DNA of 64,000 nucleotides, taken from Candidatus Omnitrophota bacterium. Its GTDB lineage: Bacteria; Omnitrophota; Gorgyraeia; JABMRN01; RBG-13-46-9. Positions 53,836 to 64,000 of the stretch are shown one piece after another. The stretch is from NCBI GenBank assembly GCA_013203315.1, contig JABMQJ010000001.1, forward strand, positions 32,001-96,000, written 5' to 3'. Numbering within the stretch: the first letter of the stretch is position 1; every line of letters begins with the position of its first letter. The translations under genes were made by a program, and so were the position numbers. A model generated the notes under the pieces. The model searched no databases. It was not told where the DNA came from and was given only the letters and a program-made list of their open reading frames with translations.

Positions 53836-55767
53836 TTACTTCTTCACGCTCGGAAACTTCTCAAGGTCCGTGTGCGGGAAAAATAAACTCGAGACATACT
53901 CGTCCATGTACGACGGATCCTTGCTAAGTTCTATATAAGTCATCTTTCTGGCGATTTCTTCGGCTTTCTTCATGGTGTCATACGAAAGAAGTATTTCACG
54001 CGAACCGATAAGAGAGCTATTTCCCACGAATTTGAATTTGCTCCTGTCCAAGTCCGGTAAAAGCCCGATCGAGATCGCGCTATCTATGTCAAGAAATGTA
54101 CCGAATCCGCCCGCTATATAGATTCTATCCAAATCACTGAATTTTAGATCGAATTTTTTAACCAGGATCGCGGCAGCCGAGTAAATTGCGCCTTTTGAGC
54201 GTTTTATGTTTTCGATGTCGGACTCTTTTATGACGATGTCATAGTCGCAGCAGGCGTCCTTTTTGAAAACAATAACATATTCGTATTCGCCGTCTTTTTG
54301 CCTGATTCTTTTGGTTTTCAGGTCACGGTTTATCTTACCGTCTCTTTTTACTATGTCTCTTTTGAACATACAAGATATAAGATCTATGTACCCCGAACCG
54401 CAAATGCCCATTGCTTTTTCATCACCTTTTACTTTTACCTTGGGCTCAAATTTAGAATTTATCTCTACCCTTTCAACGGCCCCTTTGATCGCCCTCATGC
54501 CGCAGGATACACCACTGCCTTCGAACGCGGGCCCTGCTGAGGCAGAACAGCACGCCATCCATTCTTTATTGCCCAAAACTATTTCGCCGTTTGTGCCGAC
54601 GTCTATAAGAAGTGTGAGTTTGTCCTCATTATTTATGCCACAGGCTACCGTGCCCGCTATTATGTCGCCTCCAACATAAGTGCTGACACCGGGTATGCAA
54701 GCCAAGAGGCCCCTCGGATGAACTTTTATGCCGGCTTCGGACGCCCTTATGACCGGAACAAAGTTTGCGGTTGAAACATAAGGCTCCCTTCTTATGTGCG
54801 TGGGATCGACTCTTAGCAAAAGATGGATCATAGTTGTGTTGCCCGCGCAAATAACGCCCGTTACCTGGTTTAGCGGAACGCTATACTCTGTAGTTAATGC
54901 CCTTATGATCGAATTCATGTTGTCTATGACAGCGTGGTGCAATCTTTCCAGGCCGCTTTCCTCTTTCGCGAACACGATTCTCGTGATTACGTCATCCCCG
55001 AAAATTATTTGTTTATTATAAGTTGCTTTTGTGCCGAGTATCTCTTTGGTGTTTAAGTTTATGAGCTGTCCGGAAACTGTTGTGGTGCCTATATCAAAGG
55101 CGACGCCGTAGTTTTCCCCGGAGGAATCGCCGGGCTCTATAATTACAACTTCGGTCGTCTCGTTTCTTTTGCCGAGCGTCACTGTTACCTTCCAGTCACT
55201 GTGCCGGAGAACACTTCCAAGCCTTCGCAGATTCCTGAGGCCGGTCTGCATCATGGGAATATCGTATTTTTCTTTTATTTTCCTTACCAGGCGCTCATAA
55301 TCGCTTACGCTGTCATCCAAGGTCGGCGGCGGCAACTCAAGATAGATCTTCGTAGATATTGGGCTGTGCGTAAATATTTCCTCGCTTATGATTGGCTTTC
55401 CTTTGTCAATGTCTACCGCTTCCGAATACATGCCTTTTAAGCGGTGCAGCCTTGCTTCTTCATCTTTAACTTTAGTTAGATCAAGCCGGGACTCCCTGGG
55501 AACAAATACCTCAAGATTATCCTCGACAGTAGTAAGGCACGCTAAGACGTAACCTTTTTTTCGTTCCTCGTGCGAAATTCTTCCGGTGGGCTCTGTCCTG
55601 AATTTTCCCTTTTTAATTACAACCTTACACCTTCCGCACACACCCTCGCCGCCGCAGCTTGAATTTATAAAAAGCCCGCACGATACGGCAGCCGCCAATA
55701 GGTCAGCGCCTTTTTTTACTTCCGCAATCTTTCCTGAAGGTTTAAATTTTACTTTGAACTTTTCCAT
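53836..55767 (-). CDS. acsV: Corrinoid reductive activator (RACo/AcsV; 2Fe-2S + ASKHA)
   Basis: CGGEGVCGRC..LAC, DIGTTT, DVGTNGE, SAGPAFEG, GICGSG, AGGFG. Confidence 0.9.
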   Translation of the reverse strand: MEKFKVKFKPSGKIAEVKKGADLLAAAVSCGLFINSSCGGEGVCGRCKVVIKKGKFRTEPTGRISHEERKKGYVLACLTTVEDNLEVFVPRESRLDLTKVKDEEARLHRLKGMYSEAVDIDKGKPIISEEIFTHSPISTKIYLELPPPTLDDSVSDYERLVRKIKEKYDIPMMQTGLRNLRRLGSVLRHSDWKVTVTLGKRNETTEVVIIEPGDSSGENYGVAFDIGTTTVSGQLINLNTKEILGTKATYNKQIIFGDDVITRIVFAKEESGLERLHHAVIDNMNSIIRALTTEYSVPLNQVTGVICAGNTTMIHLLLRVDPTHIRREPYVSTANFVPVIRASEAGIKVHPRGLLACIPGVSTYVGGDIIAGTVACGINNEDKLTLLIDVGTNGEIVLGNKEWMACCSASAGPAFEGSGVSCGMRAIKGAVERVEINSKFEPKVKVKGDEKAMGICGSGYIDLISCMFKRDIVKRDGKINRDLKTKRIRQKDGEYEYVIVFKKDACCDYDIVIKESDIENIKRSKGAIYSAAAILVKKFDLKFSDLDRIYIAGGFGTFLDIDSAISIGLLPDLDRSKFKFVGNSSLIGSREILLSYDTMKKAEEIARKMTYIELSKDPSYMDEYVSSLFFPHTDLEKFPSVKK

Positions 55768-55777
55768 AAATGAGTAT

Positions 55778-57115
55778 CTACTTAGTTAAATTTCTTAAGA
55801 AAACAGGTATCCCTGAAGCCTCTCTCGGGCCTACGGTAACTTTCCAGCCGGAAGCTTCTTCGAGTTTTCCGCTTAGAACCGACACGTAACCCGGTATAAT
55901 CAGGTCCTTGTGCGCTACCTTATCCTTTATTCCAAAACTCTCGAGGGCCTTTGCGATACTTTCCGCTGTAAATTTCTCTGCTGCCCAGGCAGTGAGAACA
56001 GACATTCCCTCTGAATCGCAGGACACTATATAGGTAGGAACCTTGCTTGATTCCACCTCTGCTTCAACCGTATAATATGTAAGAGAGAAATTGGTTGTAA
56101 CTATAACAGGTGATTTATCCTCAACTTTTCCTATCTCATACACCTTTGCTTCAACCTGCAGCGGCTTCTGCGGGTCAGTATATATATTTTGCCTCATGGT
56201 CAATATCGGTAAAACTACCCACGGGTCTCTATTTTTTAACATTACTATGCCGGCGTATTTTGAAACGTACGTAGAGGCTTCAGCTGCTTCCTGAAATTTA
56301 TCCGCGTTTTGCGTAAACGCTATAACCGGATATCCGAAGGGCCTGAATGCTTTTTTAAGCGCCAGGCGCCTGATTTGCGTTAAATCCCAGAGTTTATCCG
56401 CTATGCTTTTTTTGCCAGTATCCAGAACGATATCCTCGACGCCTTCTGTGTTAAGGTTCTTGACTAAAGTTTCGAGTTCTTCTAAAGTCGGCGCGCTTGC
56501 CACGAGGGGCACTTTATTGTCTTTGGCGAGTTTTGCCATCTCTTTATAATTAGCGCTCGTCGCTCCGCACAAAAGAGGCACTCTTTCTTTTGACGCTTCA
56601 AGGGCTTTGGCAATAAAGCTTGCGTCATCACTTACTAAAGCGAGTGCGAGTTTAGTGTTTTCCAAAACAGTTTTTACAACAACTTGAAATTTTGACGCGT
56701 CTTTAGATTCGCAGGATATTCCTACGATATTTACGTTAATCCTCTGCCCTACTCTTTCAAAATCAAGTTTATTTATTTCTCCGAGCGCTTTTTTAATATC
56801 TTCTTCGGAAGATGTGTCTTCTATGATAAAACCAATTCCCGTTGGATGATAGAATTTTTCCTCGTGCCTGAAAAGAACGGTTTCGTTTCCGATTTCCAGT
56901 TTTTCGTCCCCCGAACCTACGGTAATAAGTTTAATCGGAGGCTGCGAAGCGCTCTCTAATGCCTTCTTTGTCTCTTGGGAAACATCCGGGCACTTATCCA
57001 GCGACACCTTTTTTGCGGCAAGCTGCATCGCAAAAGCAAGGCATGTAGGAAACCCGCATTTCTTGCAGTTTGTTTTGGGTAATAACTTGTAAATTCCTAG
57101 TCCCGATAAAGCCAT
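55778..57115 (-). CDS. acsC: Corrinoid Fe-S protein large subunit
   Basis: LPKTNCKKCGFPTC.AFA, FRHE, IYTDPQ, TTNFSLTY, SVLTAWAA. Confidence 0.95.
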   Translation of the reverse strand: MALSGLGIYKLLPKTNCKKCGFPTCLAFAMQLAAKKVSLDKCPDVSQETKKALESASQPPIKLITVGSGDEKLEIGNETVLFRHEEKFYHPTGIGFIIEDTSSEEDIKKALGEINKLDFERVGQRINVNIVGISCESKDASKFQVVVKTVLENTKLALALVSDDASFIAKALEASKERVPLLCGATSANYKEMAKLAKDNKVPLVASAPTLEELETLVKNLNTEGVEDIVLDTGKKSIADKLWDLTQIRRLALKKAFRPFGYPVIAFTQNADKFQEAAEASTYVSKYAGIVMLKNRDPWVVLPILTMRQNIYTDPQKPLQVEAKVYEIGKVEDKSPVIVTTNFSLTYYTVEAEVESSKVPTYIVSCDSEGMSVLTAWAAEKFTAESIAKALESFGIKDKVAHKDLIIPGYVSVLSGKLEEASGWKVTVGPREASGIPVFLRNLTK

Positions 57116-57127
57116 ATATTTCCTCCC

Positions 57128-59305
57128 TTACATCAAAGGTGGCAGGGTTAGTGCCGGGTGATTTTTCTCCTGTAAAGTTTTTACAAGCGCTTCTGATTCG
57201 GTGGCAACGGTCTCATCGGCAATTTTATCGAATAGATCCGGCACACCTTCTTCTTCGCAGCGCTTCTTAAGTTTACCGCTTAGGGCTTCTTTCAGCTCTT
57301 TGGGCATCCACACAAGCCTTTTAAGCCCGCCGTCTGCGGATAAGAATTTCTTGCTTATCGTATAAAGCCTTCCGACGCCCATGAAGCCGGGTGTTTGGTT
57401 GCCGCCGCCGACAGATCCGGCAAGCGTCGAGAACTTCATCCCCGCGGGAGTAAACCCCGCATATTCCCTGTTAACAACCATGAATCCGTTTGCTTCCGGT
57501 AAAATCGCGATTATGCATTCGAAACACCCGCAAGAAGTTTCGGGAAACGTCATGATAGAATAACCGTGAAATCTTTCAAGCGTTTTATTGGACGTTTGAT
57601 TTATAAAATCATTTACGCCTTTCCATTCGCCGCGCTCGGCGTCCAGGACCTGGAGCTTCTTAATCGGCTGGTTCGGCCCTGTCGGATTTAATTCAAAACA
57701 GGCCTTCGCGTCAAGCCAGCTATAAGCGCCGCATAATCCTGAGCGTTCCGGCTTTACTATGCACACATGGTTAGGCGCAAAGGACTGGCAAAGTGTGCAA
57801 CTGTAAAACGTGTCTATGCTTTCGTCTGTCATGCCTGCAAGGCGCGTGTCACGTTCTTCATAGACCTTCACGGCCTCGGGCATTATTCTTTCTACATCTT
57901 CTTTTTTCGTATAAATCGTAACTTGCGCTTTATCTACAATTTTCCCATATGTGTCATGAAACCTGGCGTGAAGAATCGTGCCGAAATGTTTCATTTTAAA
58001 GCCTTTTTTCTGGGCTTCTTTTGAAATTCTTATCCAGCACATGTTACGCTGGCCCATGTGGAATAGCCCCATCGCTTCGTTTAGAAACGAGTGCATTTGC
58101 CTTTCAAGTATGGGTTCAAAGTCGTGCTGCATTTTTCTTCCGGCAACATCAACTACAATACCCAACGGAAATGCCGCGCCTTCTTTCATCTCGTCTATTT
58201 CCGGCCCTACGACCTCTATTTTTCCGTCAAGAACTTCATTTAACTCTTTTGTGCGCACATATTCAAAGGCCGATGAGAATTTCCCTCCGAACTGGGCATA
58301 CATCTGTTCGCGCCTTACCCTCTCACCCTCAAACGCGGCGCTGTAAGAAACAGGGATAGGTATTTTGGCTACTTTCACTTTCACGCCGCGAACCTCGATA
58401 CACTTTTGCACGATCTTTTTGTAGTCGAACTCCTTAACAAGGTGCTCATAGGTGCATATGCCTGTCGGTTTAATTTCCGGTATCTCCGTATCCGCTATAA
58501 CAGGAAAGCCCATGTTAATTGCACCGGCGCCTGATGCATATTTAATATCATCAAGCGGTCCAAGTGCGAGGCCAAAGGCAAAAACTCTCTCCTTGCAATA
58601 CATTAAACAGTCTTTCGCGTTACCGGCTTTTATCCCTCCGAACGTGAGCGCTCCTCTTATGGCCCAGTGCAGGGGATAAATCAAAGATATGGTGTCCCTT
58701 CCGTAAGGAACAATGTAAGTATCCCAACCCATTTCGACTTTTTCTTCTTTAAGCTGGTCTATGATGCTTTTTCCGTTCGAGCTTGATCCGACAAATGTCA
58801 TTATGCTTCTTTTCTGAAATTCTCTTACGATTTCTACGGCTGTTTTATTGTCGGGAGCGGCGCCCAATATTGCCGCAAAACCCGGCATCCTTCCGTCTAC
58901 AAGCTGTATACCCAGCGTGCGAAGTATGGTGTCGGTAAAAAATCCGTTGCAGTCAGGCTGCGGTTCAATACCCTTTAAGTATCGTATTGCGCAAATAATT
59001 TCTTCCGCTAAGAGTGCGGCGATACCCGAATCAAGCGCGCCGCCCAGGTAAGGAAGCCACAAATCCTTGGTGGGTTCGTCATGCAAGAGGGACTTTGCTT
59101 CTTTAAGTATGGGCAGGGCCTCGTTTAACGTTTTTACCTCAGCGCCCAGTAACGCGTTTGCCATCGGAAGGAAAAATGCCGTTTCGGGGAATTCTAATTT
59201 TTGATCCTTGCCCTTTTCCTCAATGGCTTTGTTTACAAGTTTTTCTGCCTCGGTTACAAGCGCTTTTGCGCCCCTCATCGCGGCTGCTGCTACAATTTTT
59301 GACAT
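57128..59305 (-). CDS. acsB: Acetyl-CoA synthase
   Basis: A-cluster ligands CTLCQSF, HVC, GLCG, SCGCFE; N-terminal domain present. Confidence 0.95.
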   Translation of the reverse strand: MSKIVAAAAMRGAKALVTEAEKLVNKAIEEKGKDQKLEFPETAFFLPMANALLGAEVKTLNEALPILKEAKSLLHDEPTKDLWLPYLGGALDSGIAALLAEEIICAIRYLKGIEPQPDCNGFFTDTILRTLGIQLVDGRMPGFAAILGAAPDNKTAVEIVREFQKRSIMTFVGSSSNGKSIIDQLKEEKVEMGWDTYIVPYGRDTISLIYPLHWAIRGALTFGGIKAGNAKDCLMYCKERVFAFGLALGPLDDIKYASGAGAINMGFPVIADTEIPEIKPTGICTYEHLVKEFDYKKIVQKCIEVRGVKVKVAKIPIPVSYSAAFEGERVRREQMYAQFGGKFSSAFEYVRTKELNEVLDGKIEVVGPEIDEMKEGAAFPLGIVVDVAGRKMQHDFEPILERQMHSFLNEAMGLFHMGQRNMCWIRISKEAQKKGFKMKHFGTILHARFHDTYGKIVDKAQVTIYTKKEDVERIMPEAVKVYEERDTRLAGMTDESIDTFYSCTLCQSFAPNHVCIVKPERSGLCGAYSWLDAKACFELNPTGPNQPIKKLQVLDAERGEWKGVNDFINQTSNKTLERFHGYSIMTFPETSCGCFECIIAILPEANGFMVVNREYAGFTPAGMKFSTLAGSVGGGNQTPGFMGVGRLYTISKKFLSADGGLKRLVWMPKELKEALSGKLKKRCEEEGVPDLFDKIADETVATESEALVKTLQEKNHPALTLPPLM

Positions 59306-59323
59306 CGGTTAAATCTCCCTTTC

Positions 59324-60616
59324 TTACGGTTTATAGCTTGCTATCGTGTCCTGATATTCTTCCTCTTTAAACTTATCACTGAATTTTTTGACTAGCGGCA
59401 TTATTTTCGCGTAGTCAAATTTCGTCTCGCACAGTATATGCTTTACGCTTGAAACGTCGATTCCTTTTTTTATCAAAGCGCTTACGACGCCTGCGCATTT
59501 TATGTCGCCTACTAAAACCATGCCGACAATTTTATTATTTCTTAGCACGAATTTCTTATAAGAATGTTCTGAAGACTTTGAAATTATTTCATAACCTTCT
59601 TCTTTCGGCTTTGTTATTCCCATCGAGATGCATCTTAAGCCGAAAAAATCAACCGAGTTCATGGAAAGCGACCCGTCATACGCCGCTTCTTTGCCGAGCA
59701 TGTTAAGCGCCGCAATGTTGCCTTGTTCTACCGCGCACGGCCATAGGGCGTTTATACGGTTAGCCTGCCTTGCGACATCATAAGTCTCGGCAACATCGCC
59801 TGCCGCAAAAATATTTTTATCAGATGTCTTAAGAAATTTATCCACTTTTATTCCGTCTTCTACTTTTAAACCCGCGGAAGAGGCGATATCCGTATTCGGT
59901 TTTACGCCTTTGCCTATTATAACAAGCTGGCACTTAAGTTTTTTCCCGTCATCTAGTAATATTTCATTAACAGAATCACCACCCAGGAATTCTTTTGCGG
60001 CTAATCCCGTCATTATCTTTATTCCGTTTTTCTCGAGGGTCGAGGCTATCACGCCTGAGGCGCCTTTATCTACCATTTGAGATAAAATATGCGGGCTTTT
60101 TACGATAACGAAAACGTCTTTTCCTTTTTTTCCGAGCGCGTATGCGTCTCTTAAGCCTATTAATCCTCCGCCCAGGACAGCTACTTCCTTTACGCCATCC
60201 AGCATCCCTATTATCGTGCGGGCTTCATCTATTTTTCTTATTGTAAAAATACCTTTTTTATCCACACCCGGGATGTTAACTGATTTTGGCGTGGCGCCCG
60301 TTGCGATTAAAAGCTTGTCGTAGGAAACAGTTGTCCCGCCTTCCAACGTAACCGCTTTTTTCTTGGGATCAATTGAAATCGCCTTCTTGCCGAGAAGGGT
60401 TTTTATGTTATTTTTCTCATAGAAGTCCTTGCCCTTAAATATAAGTTTTTCTTCATCTATGGCGCCGGCTATCAAATACGTTAAAAGGCACCTTGAGTAA
60501 AGTGTCAATTTCTCATCCGATATAATCGTTATGGACGCTTTCTTATCGTTTTTTCTTAAAGTCTCGGCTGCGGCTACGCCCGCTGCGCTTGCGCCTATAA
60601 TTACATGATCCGCCAT
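59324..60616 (-). CDS. FAD/NAD(P)H oxidoreductase (CooF-associated FNOR type)
   Basis: IIGASAAG, YSRCLL, ATG, GGGLIG, FAAGD; start moved to MADH (GGAGG RBS). Confidence 0.88.
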   Translation of the reverse strand: MADHVIIGASAAGVAAAETLRKNDKKASITIISDEKLTLYSRCLLTYLIAGAIDEEKLIFKGKDFYEKNNIKTLLGKKAISIDPKKKAVTLEGGTTVSYDKLLIATGATPKSVNIPGVDKKGIFTIRKIDEARTIIGMLDGVKEVAVLGGGLIGLRDAYALGKKGKDVFVIVKSPHILSQMVDKGASGVIASTLEKNGIKIMTGLAAKEFLGGDSVNEILLDDGKKLKCQLVIIGKGVKPNTDIASSAGLKVEDGIKVDKFLKTSDKNIFAAGDVAETYDVARQANRINALWPCAVEQGNIAALNMLGKEAAYDGSLSMNSVDFFGLRCISMGITKPKEEGYEIISKSSEHSYKKFVLRNNKIVGMVLVGDIKCAGVVSALIKKGIDVSSVKHILCETKFDYAKIMPLVKKFSDKFKEEEYQDTIASYKP

Positions 60617-60657
60617 ATTCGCTCCTCCACACACTTCCGTGTGTGGTTTCCTTCGTT

Positions 60658-61158
60658 TTACTTCTTTTTCTTAGTTAGCTTTTTTTCAAATTCTTTTTTT
60701 GTGCCGGCAAAAAGCGCACCTGTCGGGCACGTAGCGACGCACGCGTAGTCGTCCCTATCCGGACAAAGGTCGCATTTAACGGCTATGTGTTTGGCGCTGT
60801 CCCCGACTATGGCGCCAAAGGGGCATGTCATTACGCACATCCAGCATCCCACGCATTTTTCGTTATCCTGGAGTGTCGCGCCTGTTTTTTCATCTTTTGA
60901 AAGGGCCCCGCTCATGCAAGCCGTTACGCACGGCGCTTCCTTACAATGCTGGCAATGAACAGAAATGGATTTACCGTTTATCGCCGATACAGTGAGCCTT
61001 TTTCTCGGCGTATCCTTTTCAATTATAGAGTTGGCCAAATCTTTGCTCTTCGAATGCTCAACTGCGCAGGCAAGTTCACACGTTCTGCATGCTACGCATT
61101 TTGTAACATCGCAATATATCGTGATGTCTTTATCTTTTTTTACCTTTACCTTGCTCAT
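60658..61158 (-). CDS. cooF: CooF-like polyferredoxin
   Basis: CVACRTCELAC, CQHC..APC..AC, CVGCWMC..TCP, KCDLC..AC..TCP. Confidence 0.88.
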   Translation of the reverse strand: MSKVKVKKDKDITIYCDVTKCVACRTCELACAVEHSKSKDLANSIIEKDTPRKRLTVSAINGKSISVHCQHCKEAPCVTACMSGALSKDEKTGATLQDNEKCVGCWMCVMTCPFGAIVGDSAKHIAVKCDLCPDRDDYACVATCPTGALFAGTKKEFEKKLTKKKK

Positions 61159-61160
61159 GT

Positions 61161-63074
61161 CTACTTGGCCTTCGTTGTTTCTGATTTATACATTACATCG
61201 CCCAACTTAAGGGCTTTTCGTTTTTTATCGATGTGCTTTATTATTATATGCGCACCCTTAATCGGGTCCTTTTCAAACGCCCACTTTCCGCCTGTAACCT
61301 TTTCAACGTCTTCTGTGACGTATTTCATCATATTTTTGCTGCCGCTTACCGGAAATTCGTTTCCGAAAACAACAAGTGCACCTGATGCTACGAAATACCA
61401 GCCTATCGCAATCGCTTTTTCGCTCATCCATTCGGGTGCGGCGCCCGCGACCGGAAGTTCGTCTATCCCTTCGCCTATTCCGCCCTCTTTTACCATGTTC
61501 GTGCAAGCTATAAGAATTCTTGAGTTATCAACGCACGAGCCAAGGTGTAACACCGGCGGTATACCTACTGCTTCGCACACCTCTTGAATGCCTTTGCCTG
61601 CAAACTTCCCAGCGGCTTCAGGTACGAGAAGTCCTTCTCTAGCGCAGGCTAAAGCTGAACAGCCGGTTTGCACCACTAACACGTCGTGTTTTATTAACTC
61701 TTTTACCATTTGCATATGTGCCTTACTGCTTTGAATCTTGGGGTTATCACAACCAACAACACCTGCAACACCCCTTATTCTTCCACTTATAATTGCGTCA
61801 TTCAGTGGTCTGTAAGTTCCTCGGTATTTGCCGCCGAGATAATAGAATATGTTTTCTGCCGTAAATCCGGCGATAAGTTCCATTTTCTCTTTTGGAATAT
61901 TTACCTTTTTCTTGTCTCGTTTCGGATAATTCTCAATGGCTTTTGTCACGATTTCCTTAGCTACTTCAAGAGCCTTTTCTTCCTCGAACTCTATATGCTC
62001 CATTCCCGGAAACTTCGCCTTTGGATGCGTTGAGATCAATTTTGTGTGAAAATACGACGCGACTGTCGTAAGGCCCGGTAAAATACACTGTAAATCAACA
62101 ACCATCGCCTCCACCGCACCTGTTGCAATTGCCAATTCCTGTTGCAGGAAGCTACCTGCAACGGGTACCCCTCTTCGCATTAGGATCTCGTTAGCCGTGC
62201 AGCATATACCGGCTATTGTAATGCCTTTTGCACCTTTGGACTTCGCTAATTTCAGCATCTCTTCATCTCGTGTAGCCGTAACTATGACATCGCTTAGAAG
62301 CGGTACGTGCCCATGAATGATTATGTTCACTTCGTCATCTTTTAAAACGCCCAGGTTCACCTGCGATCTAATTGCTTGCGGCGCGCCGAATAAAATATCG
62401 CTTGCCTCGGTAGCAATCATCGATCCTGCCCAACCGTCAGCAAGACTTGTTTTCATGGTGCCTAACATAATATTTTTATAGTCGGCGTCCACACCTATAT
62501 TTGTTCGTGACATCATCTCTACTATGGGTCTATCGATACCTTGTGGGACGATCTTAAGGTTTTTCCATATTTTCTGTTGTTTCTTCGGTGCCCTTTTGAA
62601 AAATACGGGCGCCTCATTTTGTTTCCCGAAATCCGCCAGCATTGCATTTCCTAAGTCGACTGCAATTTCTTCGTTTTTTCTGCCTTCTATCTTTATTCCG
62701 TATTCTCCGGCAACTTTTTTTAGTTTTTCCTCGCTCTTTATAGCATAACTCGGTGCTTTACCTTGCCCAAAAAGCAAGAGCGTGCGCGCAATTTCCCTTC
62801 CGTGGTCGGAGTGACAGGCACTTCCAGCCGCTGCGTGCCTTGCAAGATTCCTTGCGCTTATAGTATCGGCATTCGCTCCGCATGTTCCTACTTGCGGACC
62901 TTCGCCAAACGGGTCTATCCTGCACGGGCCCAGGTTGCAATTCTTGCAACAAAGCCCTAAAGTGCCGAATCCGCAGTGCGGGTCCTGTGCATCATAACGC
63001 TGCCATATAGTTTCAATACCGCAGGAGTAACAAATCTCATGAAGTTTTTCTGCGCTTATTTTTTCTTTAGCCAT
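61161..63074 (-). CDS. cooS: Anaerobic Ni-CO dehydrogenase catalytic subunit
   Basis: CGFG..GLCCKNC..GPC, HSDHGR, HGH, ICCT, DLQC, GCDN, TGCS, GSCVD, EKA. Confidence 0.95.
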   Translation of the reverse strand: MAKEKISAEKLHEICYSCGIETIWQRYDAQDPHCGFGTLGLCCKNCNLGPCRIDPFGEGPQVGTCGANADTISARNLARHAAAGSACHSDHGREIARTLLLFGQGKAPSYAIKSEEKLKKVAGEYGIKIEGRKNEEIAVDLGNAMLADFGKQNEAPVFFKRAPKKQQKIWKNLKIVPQGIDRPIVEMMSRTNIGVDADYKNIMLGTMKTSLADGWAGSMIATEASDILFGAPQAIRSQVNLGVLKDDEVNIIIHGHVPLLSDVIVTATRDEEMLKLAKSKGAKGITIAGICCTANEILMRRGVPVAGSFLQQELAIATGAVEAMVVDLQCILPGLTTVASYFHTKLISTHPKAKFPGMEHIEFEEEKALEVAKEIVTKAIENYPKRDKKKVNIPKEKMELIAGFTAENIFYYLGGKYRGTYRPLNDAIISGRIRGVAGVVGCDNPKIQSSKAHMQMVKELIKHDVLVVQTGCSALACAREGLLVPEAAGKFAGKGIQEVCEAVGIPPVLHLGSCVDNSRILIACTNMVKEGGIGEGIDELPVAGAAPEWMSEKAIAIGWYFVASGALVVFGNEFPVSGSKNMMKYVTEDVEKVTGGKWAFEKDPIKGAHIIIKHIDKKRKALKLGDVMYKSETTKAK

Positions 63075-63835
63075 TAACTTAATTCCTCCTTTAATAGATT
63101 CTTTATCTTTTCCATGCCGGTTGATATCTTTTTTGAAACAACTGAAAAACCCTCATATTTATCCTGTTTTAAAAGTTCTTCGTCAAAATCTATCGTTTCG
63201 ATTAATTTTATTTTCCCGAGTTCTTTTTCTATAAATGTTTTATCGGCAACCGTTCTCACTTTATTGCCGATCGCGTAAACTTTCTTTACTCCTATGTCTT
63301 TTGCAAGTTCGTTTACATTTTTAGCGGTTTGTATGGAGTTCAAAGACGGCTCAACTACCGCAAGAACAAAGTTGCACCCCTCAGCAGTACCCCTTCCGAA
63401 GTGCTCAAGACCGGCCTCCATGTCCATTACAAGATTCTCGTCTCTTTTTAAGACAAGGTGGCTTATTAAATTCTTTACAAACGCGTTTTCCGGGCACATG
63501 CAGCCTGCTCCGCCTTCTTTTACGGCACCCATCACGATTAATTTTACATTGCCGTTCGTGCGGGAAAACTTATCGGGTATATCGTCTATTTTTGGGTTTA
63601 ATTTATAAAAAGACTTCTTCCCCTTTTCGACACCCATGCGTTTGTTTATCATGTCTTCCATTTTAACGATGGGTTTTATTTTTTCCGCGTCACCAAATCC
63701 GAGATTTCTCGCCAGATTACTGTCCGGATCACAATCAATCGCGAGAACCTCTCCCTCTTTAGAAAGAACGTTTACAAAAATACTAGCAAGCGTTGTCTTC
63801 CCGACCCCGCCTTTTCCCGTAAAAGCTATTTTCAT
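63074..63835 (-). CDS. cooC: CODH Ni-insertion ATPase CooC
   Basis: [27 protein letters not shown]. Confidence 0.9.
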   Translation of the reverse strand: MKIAFTGKGGVGKTTLASIFVNVLSKEGEVLAIDCDPDSNLARNLGFGDAEKIKPIVKMEDMINKRMGVEKGKKSFYKLNPKIDDIPDKFSRTNGNVKLIVMGAVKEGGAGCMCPENAFVKNLISHLVLKRDENLVMDMEAGLEHFGRGTAEGCNFVLAVVEPSLNSIQTAKNVNELAKDIGVKKVYAIGNKVRTVADKTFIEKELGKIKLIETIDFDEELLKQDKYEGFSVVSKKISTGMEKIKNLLKEELS

Positions 63836-64000
63836 ATTTTGTTCTGCAGCTTAAAAGCACTTACGACGTTTCGTAGGAGCATTGTTACCGTGAGCGGGCC
63901 TACGCCGCCGGGTACGGGTGTAATAAACTCAGCCTTTTCTTTTGCCTTCTCGAACTCTACGTCGCCTACGAGTTTACCGTCAACCCTGTTAATCCCTACA
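63832..64000 (-). CDS. folD: Methylene-THF dehydrogenase/cyclohydrolase (3' end only)
   Basis: Hand translation [14 protein letters not shown]...[19 protein letters not shown]. Confidence 0.92.
   Translation of the reverse strand, partial: VGINRVDGKLVGDVEFEKAKEKAEFITPVPGGVGPLTVTMLLRNVVSAFKLQNKI

Overview
Gene-dense chromosomal window from an anaerobic bacterium; gene content and repeat style suggest Candidatus Omnitrophota, which is an inference. Almost everything is on the minus strand. In coordinate order it holds: (1) a ferritin/Zn-ribbon/ferredoxin operon and an ArsS-type radical SAM/glycosyltransferase cluster, both driven by the same palindromic promoter-operator; (2) a CsoR-TolC-CusB-CusA metal efflux operon; (3) iscS-nifU on the plus strand; (4) an accessory region (about 14.2-26.8 kb) of short, unrelated genes separated by several families of same-orientation hairpin repeats, forming an integron-like cassette array without attC sites or an integrase in view (the most unusual feature); (5) housekeeping genes (U32 peptidase, plsC, greA, yjbQ, ThiI-like, Thi4); (6) an Rrf2-headed sulfur-assimilation and tetrapyrrole operon with ubiquitin-like sulfur carriers, a JAMM protease and a ThiS-GG-CysK fusion; (7) a Wood-Ljungdahl CODH/ACS cluster starting at folD. 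No rRNA, tRNA, CRISPR array, transposase or integrase was recognised. All calls come from reading the sequence and recalled motifs; no searches were run.
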